DNA of 64,000 nt, taken from NCBI RefSeq assembly GCF_006345805.1, contig NC_043001.1, forward strand, positions 1,116,001 through 1,180,000, read 5' to 3'. Numbering within the stretch: position 1 is the stretch's first letter; the number at the start of each line of letters is the position of its first letter. This document shows, one piece after another, positions 1-14,344 of the stretch. The stretch comes from Octopus sinensis. Its lineage: Eukaryota. The notes beneath the pieces were generated by a model, which did not search any database, was not told the DNA's origin, and saw only the letters and a list, made by a program, of their open reading frames with translations. Both the position numbers and the translations under genes were made by a program.

Positions 1-44
1 TCAAAGATTTATTGAATCATTTCAATTCCAGTCCCTATTTTATT

Positions 45-1077
<1,033 letters not shown>

Positions 1078-1237
1078 AAATTATTGTATACAGTACTCAG
1101 GTGCACCACAACTTGTCAAAAATGTGTATAAAGCATATGCAGTAATGTACAAATGTCTGGGAAGTGAAGAGTGTATGAGTCAGATACATGCTTACGTGTG
1201 TATGGAGGGGAGAAAATCAGGTGTAGTGTTGGCGAAT
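1078..1237 (-). mobile_element. 3' end of a CR1/Jockey-like LINE (ORF2 stop plus 3'UTR), with the (ATT)n array as its tail
   Basis: The minus strand reads ATT CGC CAA CAC TAC ACC TGA, then ~140 nt of UTR running directly into (ATT)n. It resembles a cephalopod LINE 3' end as I recall it (not verified). Confidence 0.5.
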
Positions 1238-1689
1238 TTATACAATTTGACAATGTATTATGCTTGTGTGTGTGTGAGTGTGTGTGCATGTGTGTGTGAG
1301 TGTGTGTGTGTGTGTAAACATGCATTTGTATATCAGTGTGTGCATGTGTGTATTCTTATTATCATCATTTTTGTAACTGTTTTGTGCCATGCTTTGACTT
1401 TGACTTAGTGAGGCAGCATTCAATGTTGAGATATTCTTCCTGTTTCCAACCCTGGCTGTCTGTCATCTTAGGCATTCTTATTCCATTGGTCTTCCATTTG
1501 TGGTGAGCCACAAGATGTAATGTTTGTCAAAGACAAATGCTATATCCTGAATCAATGAAGAAATGAATTTTTATGCTTACAAAAGCAGACATTTGGGTGC
1601 CCATACGCATTGGGGGTGGATGGGTTGGGGGTGTATTTTCTTGCTGGGACTGGGGGAAGGGTTAGTATTCAGGGCTTCTGCTGACCTTC

Positions 1690-4260
1690 CAACACCTATG
1701 TGACATTATGTCATTATCATTCCTTTTGAATGTGAGTAAGTAAATTCCTGCTGGAAAGATAGAAGCAGAAAGTGAATTCCAGAGGGATGGCATTCTATGA
1801 AGGAAGGAATGGGTTAGGGCTAGCGTGGTGCCTGGATGGGTTGCAGACAAGAAGAGTCATGAGAGGAGGAGAGACAAGTGGGTTAAAAATGCCTGAGTTG
1901 AGGTGGAATAAATGCATTCTACTCTATAGAGCAGAGGCCATTATGGTATAGGAGGACATGAAGGAGAGAGGAGGCCTGATATCCGTGAGCCAGAGAGTGA
2001 ACTATAGGGGTCTGATGGCACTCTTTTTGGATGTGTTCTATGATGTCTGTGTGTGTGTGTGTGTGCAACAGGTATACTCCTTTGTGGGCCTTAGCTGAGT
2101 TTTATAGTGTCTAAGTAATCATTGGAGTATGAAAATCTTCTGGTTGTGAAGAGAAGGGTCAGTCACAGTGGAAGGTTAGGTATGAATGAAGGGCAAAAGC
2201 ATCCATTTAAGACCAGGTGTTGCCTGATGCAATGGCTGAAGAGAGTGAAGGAGAAGACTTTACCTTGGATGTTTGCTTCATTTAATAAGAGTGAAGGGCA
2301 GAAAAAGTTCTTTCAGCCCCCATCCCATGATTAAGTGATGAGATAAGGAAGTTACTAATCCAAGAGACAGAAAGATATCAAACCATATGTGGGGTGGGGG
2401 ATGGGGGTCAGTTGTGATAGAAGTTTCTTGTGCTAGACAGATTTGTTTATATAGGTGAGGATAATTTTGATTTTAACAAAACATCCCATGACAAGAGCCT
2501 ATTTGTTAGTGATATGGGGGTGGGGATAGGTCATCAGTAAAACTGGTTTTACAGAAACTATGGTGGTGATTAAGAAGAGAATGACATGACAGACACTGGT
2601 GTTCATGTGTGTTTCTATTTTGCAACTGTGACTGGATGAAAGCAGGCAAAGATTTGATAGGTTGTCTTTCTTGGGAAGTGGGCAGCACACAAGAAGGCAT
2701 TCTAATAATCAAGATAGATTCCTATTGAGAGGAGGAAATTTCAAAGTTTGGTGAGCATAGGGGCTAGAGCTGGGGTGCAATATTTTGGGGTAAGCAATTG
2801 TATTCTCAGTATTGTTTGAAACCAAAGTATTCTATAGAATGTCTCCAAATTCAAGACAAAAAAAAAAAAAATAAAGTCTGATCCTCTATTCGTGTTTCCT
2901 AGATATTTTATAGATTAGAGAATTTGTGTTAGGTAGCATGGTACAGGGACATTAATTGATGGTGAAGAATATTATGATAATGATGATGATGATATGAATG
3001 AGGAGAACAAAATGTTCTCACTAATTGGCAAGATGCCAAATAATCTTGTGCTAGACCCTACATAACCAAAGAAAATCTCAAGCAATAAGTTCCTGCAAAC
3101 CAAGTTGGTTTTCTGAACACAACCAAGAATATGGAGATACAATATTTTAGTGATTTCCAAGGAGGTCCAGGACAATTTTTATTGGAAGGTCATGTCGCAG
3201 TGTGTATTGGAAGAGCTTCTTTGTGCCAGATCATAGATTTCTGTATGTAGGAAACCTTTATTTGCAGGGGAAGATATTCCAGTGGACAACAAAACCTCAC
3301 TCCTACCAGCTCCAATACAACAATACCTTGGAACTTGTCAATGATTTAAGTGAAAGACAAAAGTGTGAAAGAAAGAAATATTTTTGTGTTGAGGAAACAC
3401 TACTATCCAGTTAGAAATGCTACTACACAGTTGAAAATGTCACTCAAGTTCAGGCTATTGTAATAAATACAAGACTGAAATGTTACAAATAACATCAGAA
3501 TATTTTTGTATAAAATAGATTTTGGAAGTAGTTTGCTCCAAATATTTTCTCATCTCTTTTGTCTGTTAAATGTGTGTTTAGGTTTTATAGACTTCTCTGT
3601 TGGTTAATAAAGTGTCCAACCCTTGTCTGTTGTATTATTTTATCCCAACAAATGCCAGACATTCTACAAAATATCTCAGCAAAGTATAGAAGGTCACAAT
3701 GAAACTCGTTTCAGACTTTGCCAAAAAAATTCTACAGAATAAATAGATATTCTATACAATATCTTAGTTTCACACAATACTGGTGGCATGTGTATATATG
3801 TATATACACATATGTATGCATTCCTGAGAGTGTATGCATGTATGTATGAATGTATACATCTGTGAATATGCATTATGTGAATATGGTGTGTGTACAGTTT
3901 TGCTAATCTGGCATCTTGGTAGTGTCGATTATCAAATATACTGGAAATCAGTCTTAAAATAAATACAATGAAGTCACATGTTTCTAAGCAGGTCATCAAA
4001 GATACAAATAGTTTTCAGCAACCATAATATCTGATCTCTTTTCATCAGACAAATCAAGTTTATAAATGCCAAATTATATTTTCAAGTTTCTGAACAAATC
4101 TCCATGAATGTCCATATATTTTGTATTAGCACTTGGCTATTTGAAAGGATGTGAAAACCAAGAATACTATCGCATGAGAGTATAAGCTCGTCAACCATGT
4201 AAAAACAGAGTTCTGGCAGTTCATGGCTGATTCCGAGATGAGTAAAGATGTTGATGAGTG
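1690..4260 (-). pseudogene. Highly decayed LINE ORF2 (CR1/Jockey/L2 group): endonuclease, RT and C-terminus remnants
   Basis: Minus-strand fragments in the expected order: possible APE remnants (~3950-4260, CDFIV like GDFN), linker EKIFGANYFQNL (~3520), FTDD like YADD (~2520), KNFFCPSLLL (~2280), and the C-terminal HSFLHRMPSLWNSLSASIFP..LLTFKR (1700-1820) typical of these clades. Many stops and frameshifts. Confidence 0.5.
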
Positions 4261-4300
4261 ACAAAAATTTTTTAAATTTCAGAACAGTTGTGGTTTTTTA

Positions 4301-4529
4301 TAAACCCTTTCATTACTGTATTTCTGTTGAGAGGCTCTGTGTTTCTTTCAATTACTTTAAAATATAACAAAGAATTTAGTAAAATAACTTAGTTACCATT
4401 CAGCTAGTGTTAGGAACATAAATTGTGACCAAGGTTTGGTGGAAGATTTTAATTCAAAACTTATGAAAACAAGACATTTGTACTCAGAGCCAGAGCCAAT
4501 TTCAGCCAGGCTGGTAATGAAAGGGTTAA
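4301..4529. mobile_element. piggyBac-like MITE
   Basis: Terminal inverted repeats: TAAACCCTTTCATTAC (4301) and GTAATGAAAGGGTTAA (ends 4529). A TTAA/CCCT terminus is the piggyBac signature; the left TTAA is mutated to TAAA. Confidence 0.7.
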
Positions 4530-4799
4530 ATGGTTTAGAGTGAGGTGATAAAAAAGTATGGTAATTTCTAGGACATGGCTGATGAAGGAAGAATTAAGAA
4601 CAGATACGTTAGATGCTCCCCTTTCATTGAACACATATGACACAATAATAAGAGTGGGTGAGAAGAATTAACAGAGTCACAGAGTGAGACTTAATGAGAA
4701 TCTGTATATTAAACAAGAGATCTCATGACATACATTCCAAACTATGTTGTCGTTATATTGATAACTGTTTTACTGCGCTTGTTGTATCTGTTCAATGTT

Positions 4800-5400
4800 T
4801 TTTTCTTCAGGTCCATTTCTCATGAATTATCATAGTTCTTAGTAAAGTCTAGATTCTTGAGGTGTGATTTCATCTGGTCACTCCAGGTCTTCTTCAGTCT
4901 CCCTCTTCAACAGGTTCCATCCACTTTAAGGGTTCAACATTTCTTTATAAAACTCACATCCTCCATCTATTCGAACCATCTCCCCTCTTCATCACTCCAC
5001 CTCAATGGCCCTCTCCCCTCTTCAACACTCCACCTCAATGGCCCTCTCCCCTCTTCAACACTCCACCTCAATGGCCCTCTCCCCTCTGCAACACTCCACC
5101 TCAATGGCCCTCTCCCCTCTTCATCACTCCACCTCAATGGCCCTCATATTCAGCTCTCCTCTCACTTCACTCATTAACATTGTTCATATTCAACACAGCA
5201 CAAGTGTTGTTTTTTTTTATTTCTTTCAAGCTTTCTCCTTCATTCAAGGTCCGCATCTCCCTACCATGTTGTATTACACTTTGTATGCAAACATCACAAT
5301 ATTTATCCTTCATTCAGAGAGAAGCCATTTGTTACTAGTAAAGGTGAGGGCTGCCTCAAAGTTTTCAACTCTGTACTTTCGATACAGTCAACTCTTAAAC
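4800..5400 (-). mobile_element. RTE-clade LINE 3' ORF remnant interrupted by a minisatellite
   Basis: The minus strand encodes IKKC*TLKVDGTC*RGRLKKTWSDQMKSHLK (RTE GRP..TW motif) at ~4860-4950, with further RTE-like residues at 5230-5400. Confidence 0.65.
4981..5145. repeat. 33-bp minisatellite, 5 copies
   Basis: Unit TCCCCTCTTCAWCACTCCACCTCAATGGCCCTC repeated 5 times with 1-2 substitutions. Confidence 0.97.
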
Positions 5401-5825
5401 TAATTACATTTTCTGGGTTGCAGAAACTATTGAATCATTTCATTGGACCTTCCAAGCGAGCATCTGGTTGGGCAAAGGGCCTCAGGGATGGGGGTGGGTG
5501 GGGGGCTTCCATTCGCTGAAATAGACTTAATACTTGACTTCTATTTATTCTGTCAAGTTTGTAAGGACGAAATGTAAAGCTGACCTGGAGGGAATCAGAT
5601 TAGAATCTAAAAAGACACCGCAAGACACACACAAGGAATTTTCCAATGATCTTCCAACCATGCCATACACCAATAACAGTAATAATAATTCCAGCAACAA
5701 CAGTAGTAGTAGTAGTAGTAGTTAAATTTGATGCAAATATCAGTATCTTTATGATAATAGTAACAATAGTAATTGTCACTTTTTCATGAAGAGTAACACG
5801 AGCAACAGCAATGAAAATAATAATG

Positions 5826-5860
5826 ATAAGGACGATGATGATGATGATGATAGTGATGAC

Positions 5861-5893
<33 letters not shown>
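5826..5893. repeat. (GAT)n microsatellite
   Basis: Direct. Confidence 0.9.
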
Positions 5894-6310
5894 AAACTTT
5901 TAAAATATGGTGTTAAATATTAATATCGGAATCACTATTTTGTTGATTTATTTTCATCGGTTTAATAAGTTTAATGATTTTATTCATTTCATTAATTGAA
6001 TTTAATTAATGAAATTCATTTCATAAAACTGAAATAACCTTTTAATTTAAAAATATGATAGGTGAGATGGGTGGGTGGGGGAATGGTGAGATGGGTGGGT
6101 GAGGGGAATGGTGAGATGGGGGGGGATGGAAGATTTGGCTCACGTTCTGAAGAATACATATCAAAACATCCAACAATAATGGTAGTAATATGGTGGGGAG
6201 TGGAGGTGCTGGTGGGGTGGTAGAGGTGGAGGCATGAGGAAGATGATAATGGTGATGATGATGATGATCTGTTGTCGAAATTGAGATGATGGTTTTATAT
6301 ATATCTTTTA

Positions 6311-6740
6311 TCTTCTACTTGCTTCAGCCATTAGACTGTGGCCATGCTGGGGCACCACGAAGAAGAAGTTTTGGTTGAATGAATCGACCACAGTAAATAA
6401 TTTTCTTTAAAGCCTGGTACTTATTCTATCAGTCTCTTTTGCCGAATTGCTAAGTGATGAGGACATTAGCGCCAACACTGATTGTCAAGTGGTGGCAGGA
6501 AACATCCTCAGACACACACACAAACACACACGTACACGCACACACACACACATGCACACGTACACATGCATGCACACACACACACGCACACTATGAGCTT
6601 CTTTCAGTTTCCATCCACTCGCAATGCTTTGGTCAGCTTGAGACAATAGTAAAAGACCCTTGTCCAAAATGTCACACTGTAGGACTGAACCTGGAAGCAT
6701 GTGGTTGGGAAACAAACTCCTTACCACGCAGCCATGCCTG
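6311..6740 (-). mobile_element. tRNA-derived SINE, family A (central (CA)/(TG) tract)
   Basis: Minus-strand head GGCATGGCTGCGTGGTAAG..GGTTCAGTCC (A/B-box-like). Body and tail (CCAGCATGGCCACAGTC) are shared with many other copies in the window. Confidence 0.85.
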
Positions 6741-6983
6741 CCCCTATACCTATGATGGTCGCTTCATCTTGATAGATGACAAGTGTCCCATCAACACACA
6801 CACACACACCACACTCCATCACACGGCCCTCAGATGACTCTTAAAACCAGTTGCTGACCGACAGGATCCCAAACCCAAGTGACAGATATTATTTACATTT
6901 TTTCAACACTTTAATCCTTTAGAATCTGATTCTGAAGGAATGTTGTTGTGAACTAGCATATGTCTTTATATATTATGTATGTA

Positions 6984-7350
6984 CAGGCACGGGCATGTGT
7001 GGTTAAGATGGTTTCTCAAGCAGTGGATTTTGGGCAAATGTCTTCAGCCCTGGCCAACCAAGGCCTTGTGAGGAGATGTGGTGGTTGACAGAAACTAAAA
7101 GAAGCTCTTTGAGTGTGTATGCTTGCATGTGTATGTGTGTGTGTGTGTGTTGTCTTGATATCATGTGACAATTGTAGACAAGTATATGCAAGCAATGATC
7201 TTCAATTCCTATTTCCCTTGAAAACATATGAGACCATGGGGAAATATTACCATGCTTAGAATGAGATGTGGTTTGGTGATGGGAAGAGCATCCCAGCTTA
7301 TCGATGCATGCATGGGAAAGTGGACTTTGAAATGATGATGATGATGATGA
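6984..7350 (+). mobile_element. SINE family B (family-A-like head, different tail ending in (GAT)n)
   Basis: Head resembles family A; tail GGGAAGAGCATCC..GCATGG.AAAGTGGAC..(GAT)n. A related copy lies at ~57205-57655. Confidence 0.7.
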
Positions 7351-7847
7351 CGACACATAAAATAAAGAAAGAAGCAGGGAATGAGTTTGGTAGTAGTGAT
7401 AAAGATGAAGAGAGTTGTGGTGAGGGTGGTAGTAGTGTTGATAATAATGGTGCCAGTGATAGTGGTGGTGGTGGTGGTGTTATTGATGATAATAAACTTT
7501 GTTGAAATGCAAACAGAAGCTGTTGATCAAGTTGTTGCAAAGCTGTTGAAATGGTGACCTCCGACAGAATGTTAATATAAAAGTGTGTGATATCATCTGT
7601 TTACTTTAGACAATAAAATAACCAAGATTCTGACAATATTCCATGCTGTCATGGACTTTCTTACATCTTAATAACTTCCGTTGCCATAATACATTCCCAT
7701 GTGATGATAGCTTCCTGAGTGATTACACCATCTTGCATCTGTGTATGTGTGGGTAGTAATAGTAGTAGTGGTGGTGGTGATGATGATGATGATGATTATG
7801 ATGATGATGGCGGTGGTGATATTGGTGGTGGTGGTGGTGGTGGTAGC

Positions 7848-7899
<52 letters not shown>

Positions 7900-8425
7900 C
7901 ATATGTAGATATGTACTTACATATGGTTTGCATGTGATTTCATACCCCTTTAATTAATTCGTTTTAAATAAGTCTAACATATTTCCTAGTAGACCAGTGT
8001 AAATGCATCTCATTATGTTAAAGAAAGAATTTTTTGGAGGATTAACATATAAAAGCCCTCAATTTGTTCTCTTCTTTTTGCCTACTCCCAGCCCTTTTTT
8101 ATGTATTAACCCTTAATGGGCGATTACTATTTATATAATGAAAGAACTAGAATTTCCCTTTATCAGAATCAGCTACTGAAATGCTATGATGCCTTAGAAT
8201 ATTTTGGTAAATACATCCATATATTTTTTACATTCACCATTTCTCCTTTCCAGTCATGCCATCCCCACAGACATTGCTCATTGCTGCAAATAACATCATA
8301 AGTTATAAAGCATTCTCAGTATATAATGACATAAAGCCATGTTTAGAGGGATTCAGAATTTGCTGCTCTAGGTTTTATGTTTGTCATGTTCCTACATATC
8401 TTATCTCTCACTCTCTCTCTCTCTC

Positions 8426-8463
<38 letters not shown>

Positions 8464-8581
8464 TAAAAACATATATATAGTTAATCCAAACATGAAAACA
8501 CAAAGAGAAAACACAACAACGAGAGGACATGGAACAAGTATAGGGTTATTGAACGCTCAGGAAAGGAAAGAAAGAAGGAGG

Positions 8582-8617
8582 ATTTTATGTTTCGAGCGGA
8601 GCTCTTCGTCAGAAACA
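8582..8617 (-). ncRNA. Minimal type I hammerhead motif in a Penelope-like terminal remnant (~8480-8700)
   Basis: Minus: TTT CTGACGA A GAGC TCC GCTC GAAAC ATA AAA. Core intact, extra A after A9, 4-bp stem II. The cleavage region reads GAAACATA, probably CpG-decayed GAAACGTA. Confidence 0.65.
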
Positions 8618-9702
8618 CAGAAAAAGGAAAGATCTAAGGAAGGGAAGACGGAAGAAAAAAAATTGCCAACGATACACACGCGGTCACATTTTAAATGACC
8701 GGAAGGGAATGGGTGAAGAAAAAGTTCTTTCAAAGACAGGAGAGTGCAAGAGAAGGAGGTATGTGTGTGTAACTGTGGATATGTGTGTGTGTGCAGGTCT
8801 GTGTGTGTGTGTATGTGTGTGTGTATAATGATAGCACGTATATGTATGTATGTATGTATATACACACATATACATATGTGTGTGTATGTGAGAGGAATGA
8901 TGATGATGATCATTTAAAATCTAGATTCCATTCTGGCATAAACTGAATGGTTTGACTGGATCCAATGTGTCTGAAGACTGCATTGTGTTCCAATGCCTGC
9001 ATTACATTTTCTGCAGCTGGAAGCCTTTCTCGATGCCAACAGCTTTGCAGAGAATACTGTGTGCTTTCTTGGGGCACCAGCACAAGTGAGGTTGCTGTGC
9101 TGCCTGCAAGATTAAGATCCCTCTTTTCTTCACTAATTTTTTGGTTTTTGTTTCTGATATAGATATCAGGGAAGGGATTAGTTGATTACAACCAACCTCA
9201 GTACATAGCTGGTACTTTATTTTATCAACCCTGAAAGAATGGCAAAGCAGCCTTTGGCAGGATTTCATTAAGAAAATAATAAACAAGAACAAATACTGCT
9301 CAGAACAGTTAGCAGTATTAGTCAACACTTTACCAGTTTTGCTTATCTTCCTTACTTAATGTATGTGTGGATGTGTATACACACACACACACGTGTGTGT
9401 GCAGTTGTTCATTTTGATGAAGGTACTCACAGAGCTAAAGTTGTTACTTTTGAGTTTTAGAATCAACAATGGCTACTCAGCGCTTACATTATTTTGGTTT
9501 CATAGCTTTGAGTGTATCTACAAGAAAAGACTCAGAATAATGGTCATCTATGGAAGACAGTGAGAGGAACTGAGATATTTTGAAGGAAAAGTTCAATGCA
9601 AGTGCACAATGGGCATTTGATCTTGGCACCGTCTCTCCTTAGATATTTTGCTTTCAAACTATGACTAGGTGATGGAAATGGAGTAAAATATGTGATAAAA
9701 TA

Positions 9703-10080
9703 GGCAGAAGCATAGCTGTGTGGTGAAGAAGATTGTTTCTGAAGCAAGCAGTTTTGGGTTCAGTCCCACTGCACTGCACCTTGGTTAGAATCTTCTACTT
9801 CAGCCTGGGACCAATCAATGACTTCTGAGTAAATTTGGTAGACAGAGAATCTCTGTGGAAGCTTTTTGTGTATTTGTTTGTTTGCCCACTGCTTGGTAAC
9901 TGGTGTTGGTTTGTTTACATCCCATCCCTATAACTTAGTAGTTTGGCAAAAAAGAAAATTACCTGTAGAATAAGTACCAAACTTAAAAAGAAAAGAAACT
10001 GGTGTCAATTGGTTCAACTAATCCCAAAATGCAGTATTCCAGCATGACCACAGTCCAATAATTGGAGAGTAGAAAAGTAA
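9703..10080 (+). mobile_element. SINE family A
   Basis: Head AGCTGTGTGGTGAAG..GGGTTCAGTCCCACTG, with body and CCAGCATGACCACAGTC tail. Confidence 0.8.
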
Positions 10081-10367
10081 AGGAGTAGTTGAACCTTTGA
10101 AAATGGACAGAGGTGAAATTTTGGTAAGATGTAGCAGAGAGTGAGTTAGATGGGGTGGACTGATTAACTCTTTATGAGTGATTTGAGGGTTTATATCCTA
10201 TAGATTTGTGACTATAATCCTAGAACAACTCACTTACAAAATGTTTCAATAAAGACTGTTGGAAGATTAAATACTAGCAACACATGAAATCCTTTATCCA
10301 GACATGTAGTTTTCTCTCTGTTTTCCTTTTTTTTTCCATTCACTCAATCTGTTTTCTATCCTCATTC

Positions 10368-10403
10368 CATTCCGTAGAAGAGTGAAGGCTCGAAATGTCA
10401 AAG
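10368..10403 (+). ncRNA. Decayed minimal hammerhead motif
   Basis: CCGTAGA A GAGT GAAG GCTC GAAA T GTC. Stem II and GAAA..GTC are present, but the core carries two substitutions relative to CTGANGA. Confidence 0.4.
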
Positions 10404-10799
10404 ACTCTTCCATTTCCTTGTTTGTTGTTCCTTTATCTGTCTCTGCCTTTCATTTTTTTTTTTTCTATAATTTTGAACCATAATATTTTTAATGGTTGAT
10501 TTTGTGGATTAATTGTTTTTACATGATCCTCGGCAGGCCAACCTTATCTGAGCAGAACCAGAATCAAACCATTCCAGAAATTATTATTGATTCATCAGCT
10601 ACAATACACTGAGAACCTTTCCATTTTATATTCATCTCCTATTTTTAAAACAGCATCATTTGAGGAAGATCTTGCTACTATTTCATGCAGGCTGAGTGAA
10701 CACAGTGTTTCCCTTACTGGCTCCTTTACTGTTTCTGACAGAAACATAACAAAATATTGTCCAGTAAAAACTATTTCTTTTAAATTTTCTTTTATTTTA

Positions 10800-11465
10800 C
10801 TTGTTTCATTAATTACACTGTGACCATGCTGGGGCATCATTTTGAAGAATTTCTAAACGAATGAATCAATTCCAGTATTTATTCCCATTTTAAGCCTGGT
10901 GCTTACTCTGTTAACCCTTCTTGCTGCACCACTAAGTTACAGGCACACATGCATGCCAACGCCAGTTGCCAAGTGGTGTTGAGAGACAAATACAGACATA
11001 AAGAACACACACCTGTACACACACTTTCTCTCACACACACACCTGTACACACACACACACACACACACATATGATAGGCTTCTTTCAGTTTCCATCCACC
11101 AAATCCACAAGGTTTTGGATGGCCTGAGGCTAGAGCAGAAGATGCTTGCCCAAAGTGCCATGAAGTGGGACTGAACCTGGAACCATGTGGTTGGGAAGCA
11201 AACTTCTTGTTTATTTATTGCCCACAAGGGGCTAAACATAGAGGGGGCAAACAAGGATAGACAAAGGGGTTAAGTCGATTGCATCGACCCCAGTGCGTAA
11301 CTGGTATTTAATTTATCAACCCTGAGAGGATGAAAGGCAAAGTCGACCTTGGCGGAATTTGAACTCAGAACGTAACAGCAGACAAAATACCGCTAAGCAT
11401 TTCACCTGACATGCTAATGCTTCTGCCAGCTCACCACCAAACTTCTTATCACACGGCCTGTGCCT
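10800..11465 (-). mobile_element. SINE family A interrupted in its head by a family E SINE
   Basis: Family A body 10800-11208, head resumes at 11438-11465; CAAACTTCTT is duplicated at 11199 and 11438. Confidence 0.85.
11209..11437 (-). mobile_element. tRNA-derived SINE, family E (nested insertion)
   Basis: Minus-strand head GGTGGTGAGCTGGCAGAAGC..GAGTTCAAATTCC and GCCTTTCATCC..GATAAATTAAATACCAG core. Other copies at 27331, 31250 and 48630. Confidence 0.88.
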
Positions 11466-13805
11466 TACTATATAAAATTCTGATTCTAAAATTAATATCA
11501 TAAAACAAGAGTCAGCCTTCCACGTGTTAGAATTAAAATAGCTAAAACTTGTACAAAACAAATTAATAATGGTTAAGTTAAAAATGCTTTCTGTTAAAAA
11601 ATAGGCTTCAAATTATCGAGAAAAGGTCAATTTTTCAAATGAAAGATGAGATAAACTGAAATAACACTTTTAAGGTGTACAAACACCTCAAAGTGACAGG
11701 AACGAGAAGACGAGATTGTTAGGAAATGTGTAATAACTTTGATATTGAATTCCTAAAAAGGTCATATTGAAGCGAATATAGATTTATAGGGTAACCAATA
11801 ATAACAACAACAATAATAATAATAATGATGATGATAATAATAATGCTACCAACACACAGTAAAAAGTGCTATAAATTGATATTTGTAGATCTTCATAGGC
11901 AAATGAGATGTTGGGTTAGGAAAGCCTGGAGCAACATATTACAAATTAATATCCCTTGAATATGAAGCAATGATAAAGGAATTGGAAAGCAAATCTATTT
12001 GTCAATATATCTAATTCATTAGAGAATGAAAGAGGGATGGAAATACTGGTGCTGCTGATTTGGTAATACTAAATACTGATATTACACGTTAGAATTATAA
12101 CAATGACTGTTGTGGGAACATTCACACTTTGATAAATCTTTGGCAAGAATATCCTTTGTAACCATTTATGAAATTTTGTGAGAAAGAATGTACAAAATTG
12201 GTGCATTTCTGTTGAAATTATTGTCTAGTTATAGATTTATACTAGAATGGGTGAAATATCACACGTATTTGTGAAGACTAGAAATAAATGAAGCAGGCTT
12301 ACAGAAAGACTGGATCCAACAAGAATCAGACGTAGTGTAGAAGAGAGAAAACTCCAGTGCTGTGGTCATGTAATGTGTATGGAAGAAGACATGCTGTATA
12401 AAGAAGTGAAGGGTACTCAGAGTTGATGTGACCTGTGGAGGAAAGAGACCAGAGAAGACATGGCAACCACACTAATGCTGGTGCCAATATAAAATGCAGC
12501 CAGTACACACTGTGAAGTTGTTAGTGTTAGGAATAGGGACAACAAAATGTTGAGTGGAACCATTAGTCTTATTGAAGATATAAGAACCTCCATAGTACTG
12601 ATGCCATGATAAAATGTTCCTATGACAACTCCATGAAGAGATTTGGGATAGGAAGAGAATCCAAACTTAAGGAAGAAAAAAAACAAACAAAAAAATAAAA
12701 GTGAGAAGTGGTCTTTTGATCCATCAAGGGAGATGGTCACTTTGAATAAGAACTCACTTGGATTACGATAATCTGTCCAAGATATGCCAGCATGGAAAGC
12801 ATATGCAAAATGATGATGAGGATAGGGAAGAAGAAGGGAAGGAGGAGGAGAGGATGGTGATGATGATCTTACAAATGTACAGAGTCAAGGAACTTTTCAA
12901 ATTCTAGGACATCCATCTTTACCAAAGCAGATGTTTCTGTGTGAATCTCTTCAGCTTGATTCCTGATAATTAAGTTAATCCTAACATCTTTAGATTCAAA
13001 GAGAAGGTATGGCTGTGTTGTAAAGCAGCTTGGTTTGCAGCTTTGTGGTTCCAGGTTCAATTCCTTGCATGGCATTTTGGGTGTCTTTTAATAGAGTTCT
13101 TAGCTGACCAATGCCCTCCAGGTGGATTCAGTAGACAGAAGCTGTTATAATCTTTAACCAGATTAAACTAAACCTCAAATTGACGTTGTTGAAATTTGAA
13201 ACCTGTTCAACTCTTACAACAATGTTTAATTACATTCCTGGCAGAGACGAAAGAAATCCTACTGACTTCAGCTCGTCTGTCTCACTAACAATTGAGTTTC
13301 ATTGCCATTTCACAGCTCAGTGATTAACAGAAAAAAGCAATTACACCAAATATATGCAAATGTTAATATTTGCAAAATAAAAACATCTCATTGAAAGAGC
13401 TTTTGCTGTGATATCAAAACATTAAATAAATGAGAGGGAGAGGGAGAGAGAGAGAGAGGGGGGAGAGAGAGATGGAGAGAGAGACAGAGAGAGAGAGAGG
13501 GAGGGAGGGAGCTGTTATTCAGTGTGTGTGTGCATGTCTTCTCTTTCTGGGTTGGATGTTTGCTTATCACAAGTAATCGTTGCAGGTCTGGCTGTGTGGT
13601 TAAAAAGCTCACTGAACAGTTACACAGTTTGAGTTTTGATCTCACTGATTGGCACTTTGGACAAGTGTCTTGTTCCATAGCGTTGGCTAACCAATACCTC
13701 ATGAGTAGAATGGAATTTTGTAGACAGAAACTATTGTGTAAGCCTATCTTGGGTCCTTTAGCTGAGCACTTCTGAATAGTCACTATACAATAAACAAAGA
13801 AACTT

Positions 13806-13840
<35 letters not shown>

Positions 13841-13844
13841 CCTG

Positions 13845-14147
13845 GCTCTCTGTTGGTTATGATGAGAAGTGTTCCAGTTGATCCACTAAATGAAACAGCC
13901 ATCTCGTAAAATTAACGGGCAAGTGGTTGAGCACTCCAATGACACAAATACGCTTAATGTCATTTTCAGGGAGATTCAATATGACACAAAATGCAATAAT
14001 GCTACCCCTTTTGAAATACAGCTGAGTGGACAGGAGACACATGAAATAAAGTGTCTTGCTCAAGAACTCAATGCACCACTGGGAATCAAATTCATGACCT
14101 TATGATCGTGAGCCGAGGAACCTAATGACTAAGCCAAGTCCCTTCAC
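13845..14147 (-). mobile_element. tRNA-derived SINE, family D
   Basis: Minus-strand head GTGAAGGGACTTGGCTTAGTCATTAGG..GAATTTGATTCCC, then TTGAGCAAGACACTTTATTTC. A second, internally deleted copy lies at ~22600-22835. Confidence 0.75.
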
Positions 14148-14344
14148 ACACACACCACCCTGTTGGTCCTTGAGCCATGAAAAAGTAACCAGTACATTCA
14201 GTAAAATGGTTGGCATTGAAAAAGGCATCCAACCATTGAAAGCACACCAAAGCAAGCATTGAAGAATGGCACATCAGATCCTCTTGAACCATTCAACCTG
14301 GTGCCAAAGGTTTGATGCTGATGAACATAATGAGGATTGTGGGA

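Noticed and set aside
6061-6130. G-rich 25-bp repeat with G-quadruplex potential
   Set aside because: One loop is long (11 nt) and such tracts are common; nothing suggests function.
10595-10734. Minus-strand exon candidate ETVKEPVRETLC..
   Set aside because: Acceptor is good, but there is no convincing donor, it is closed in phase 0 and no homology is recognised.
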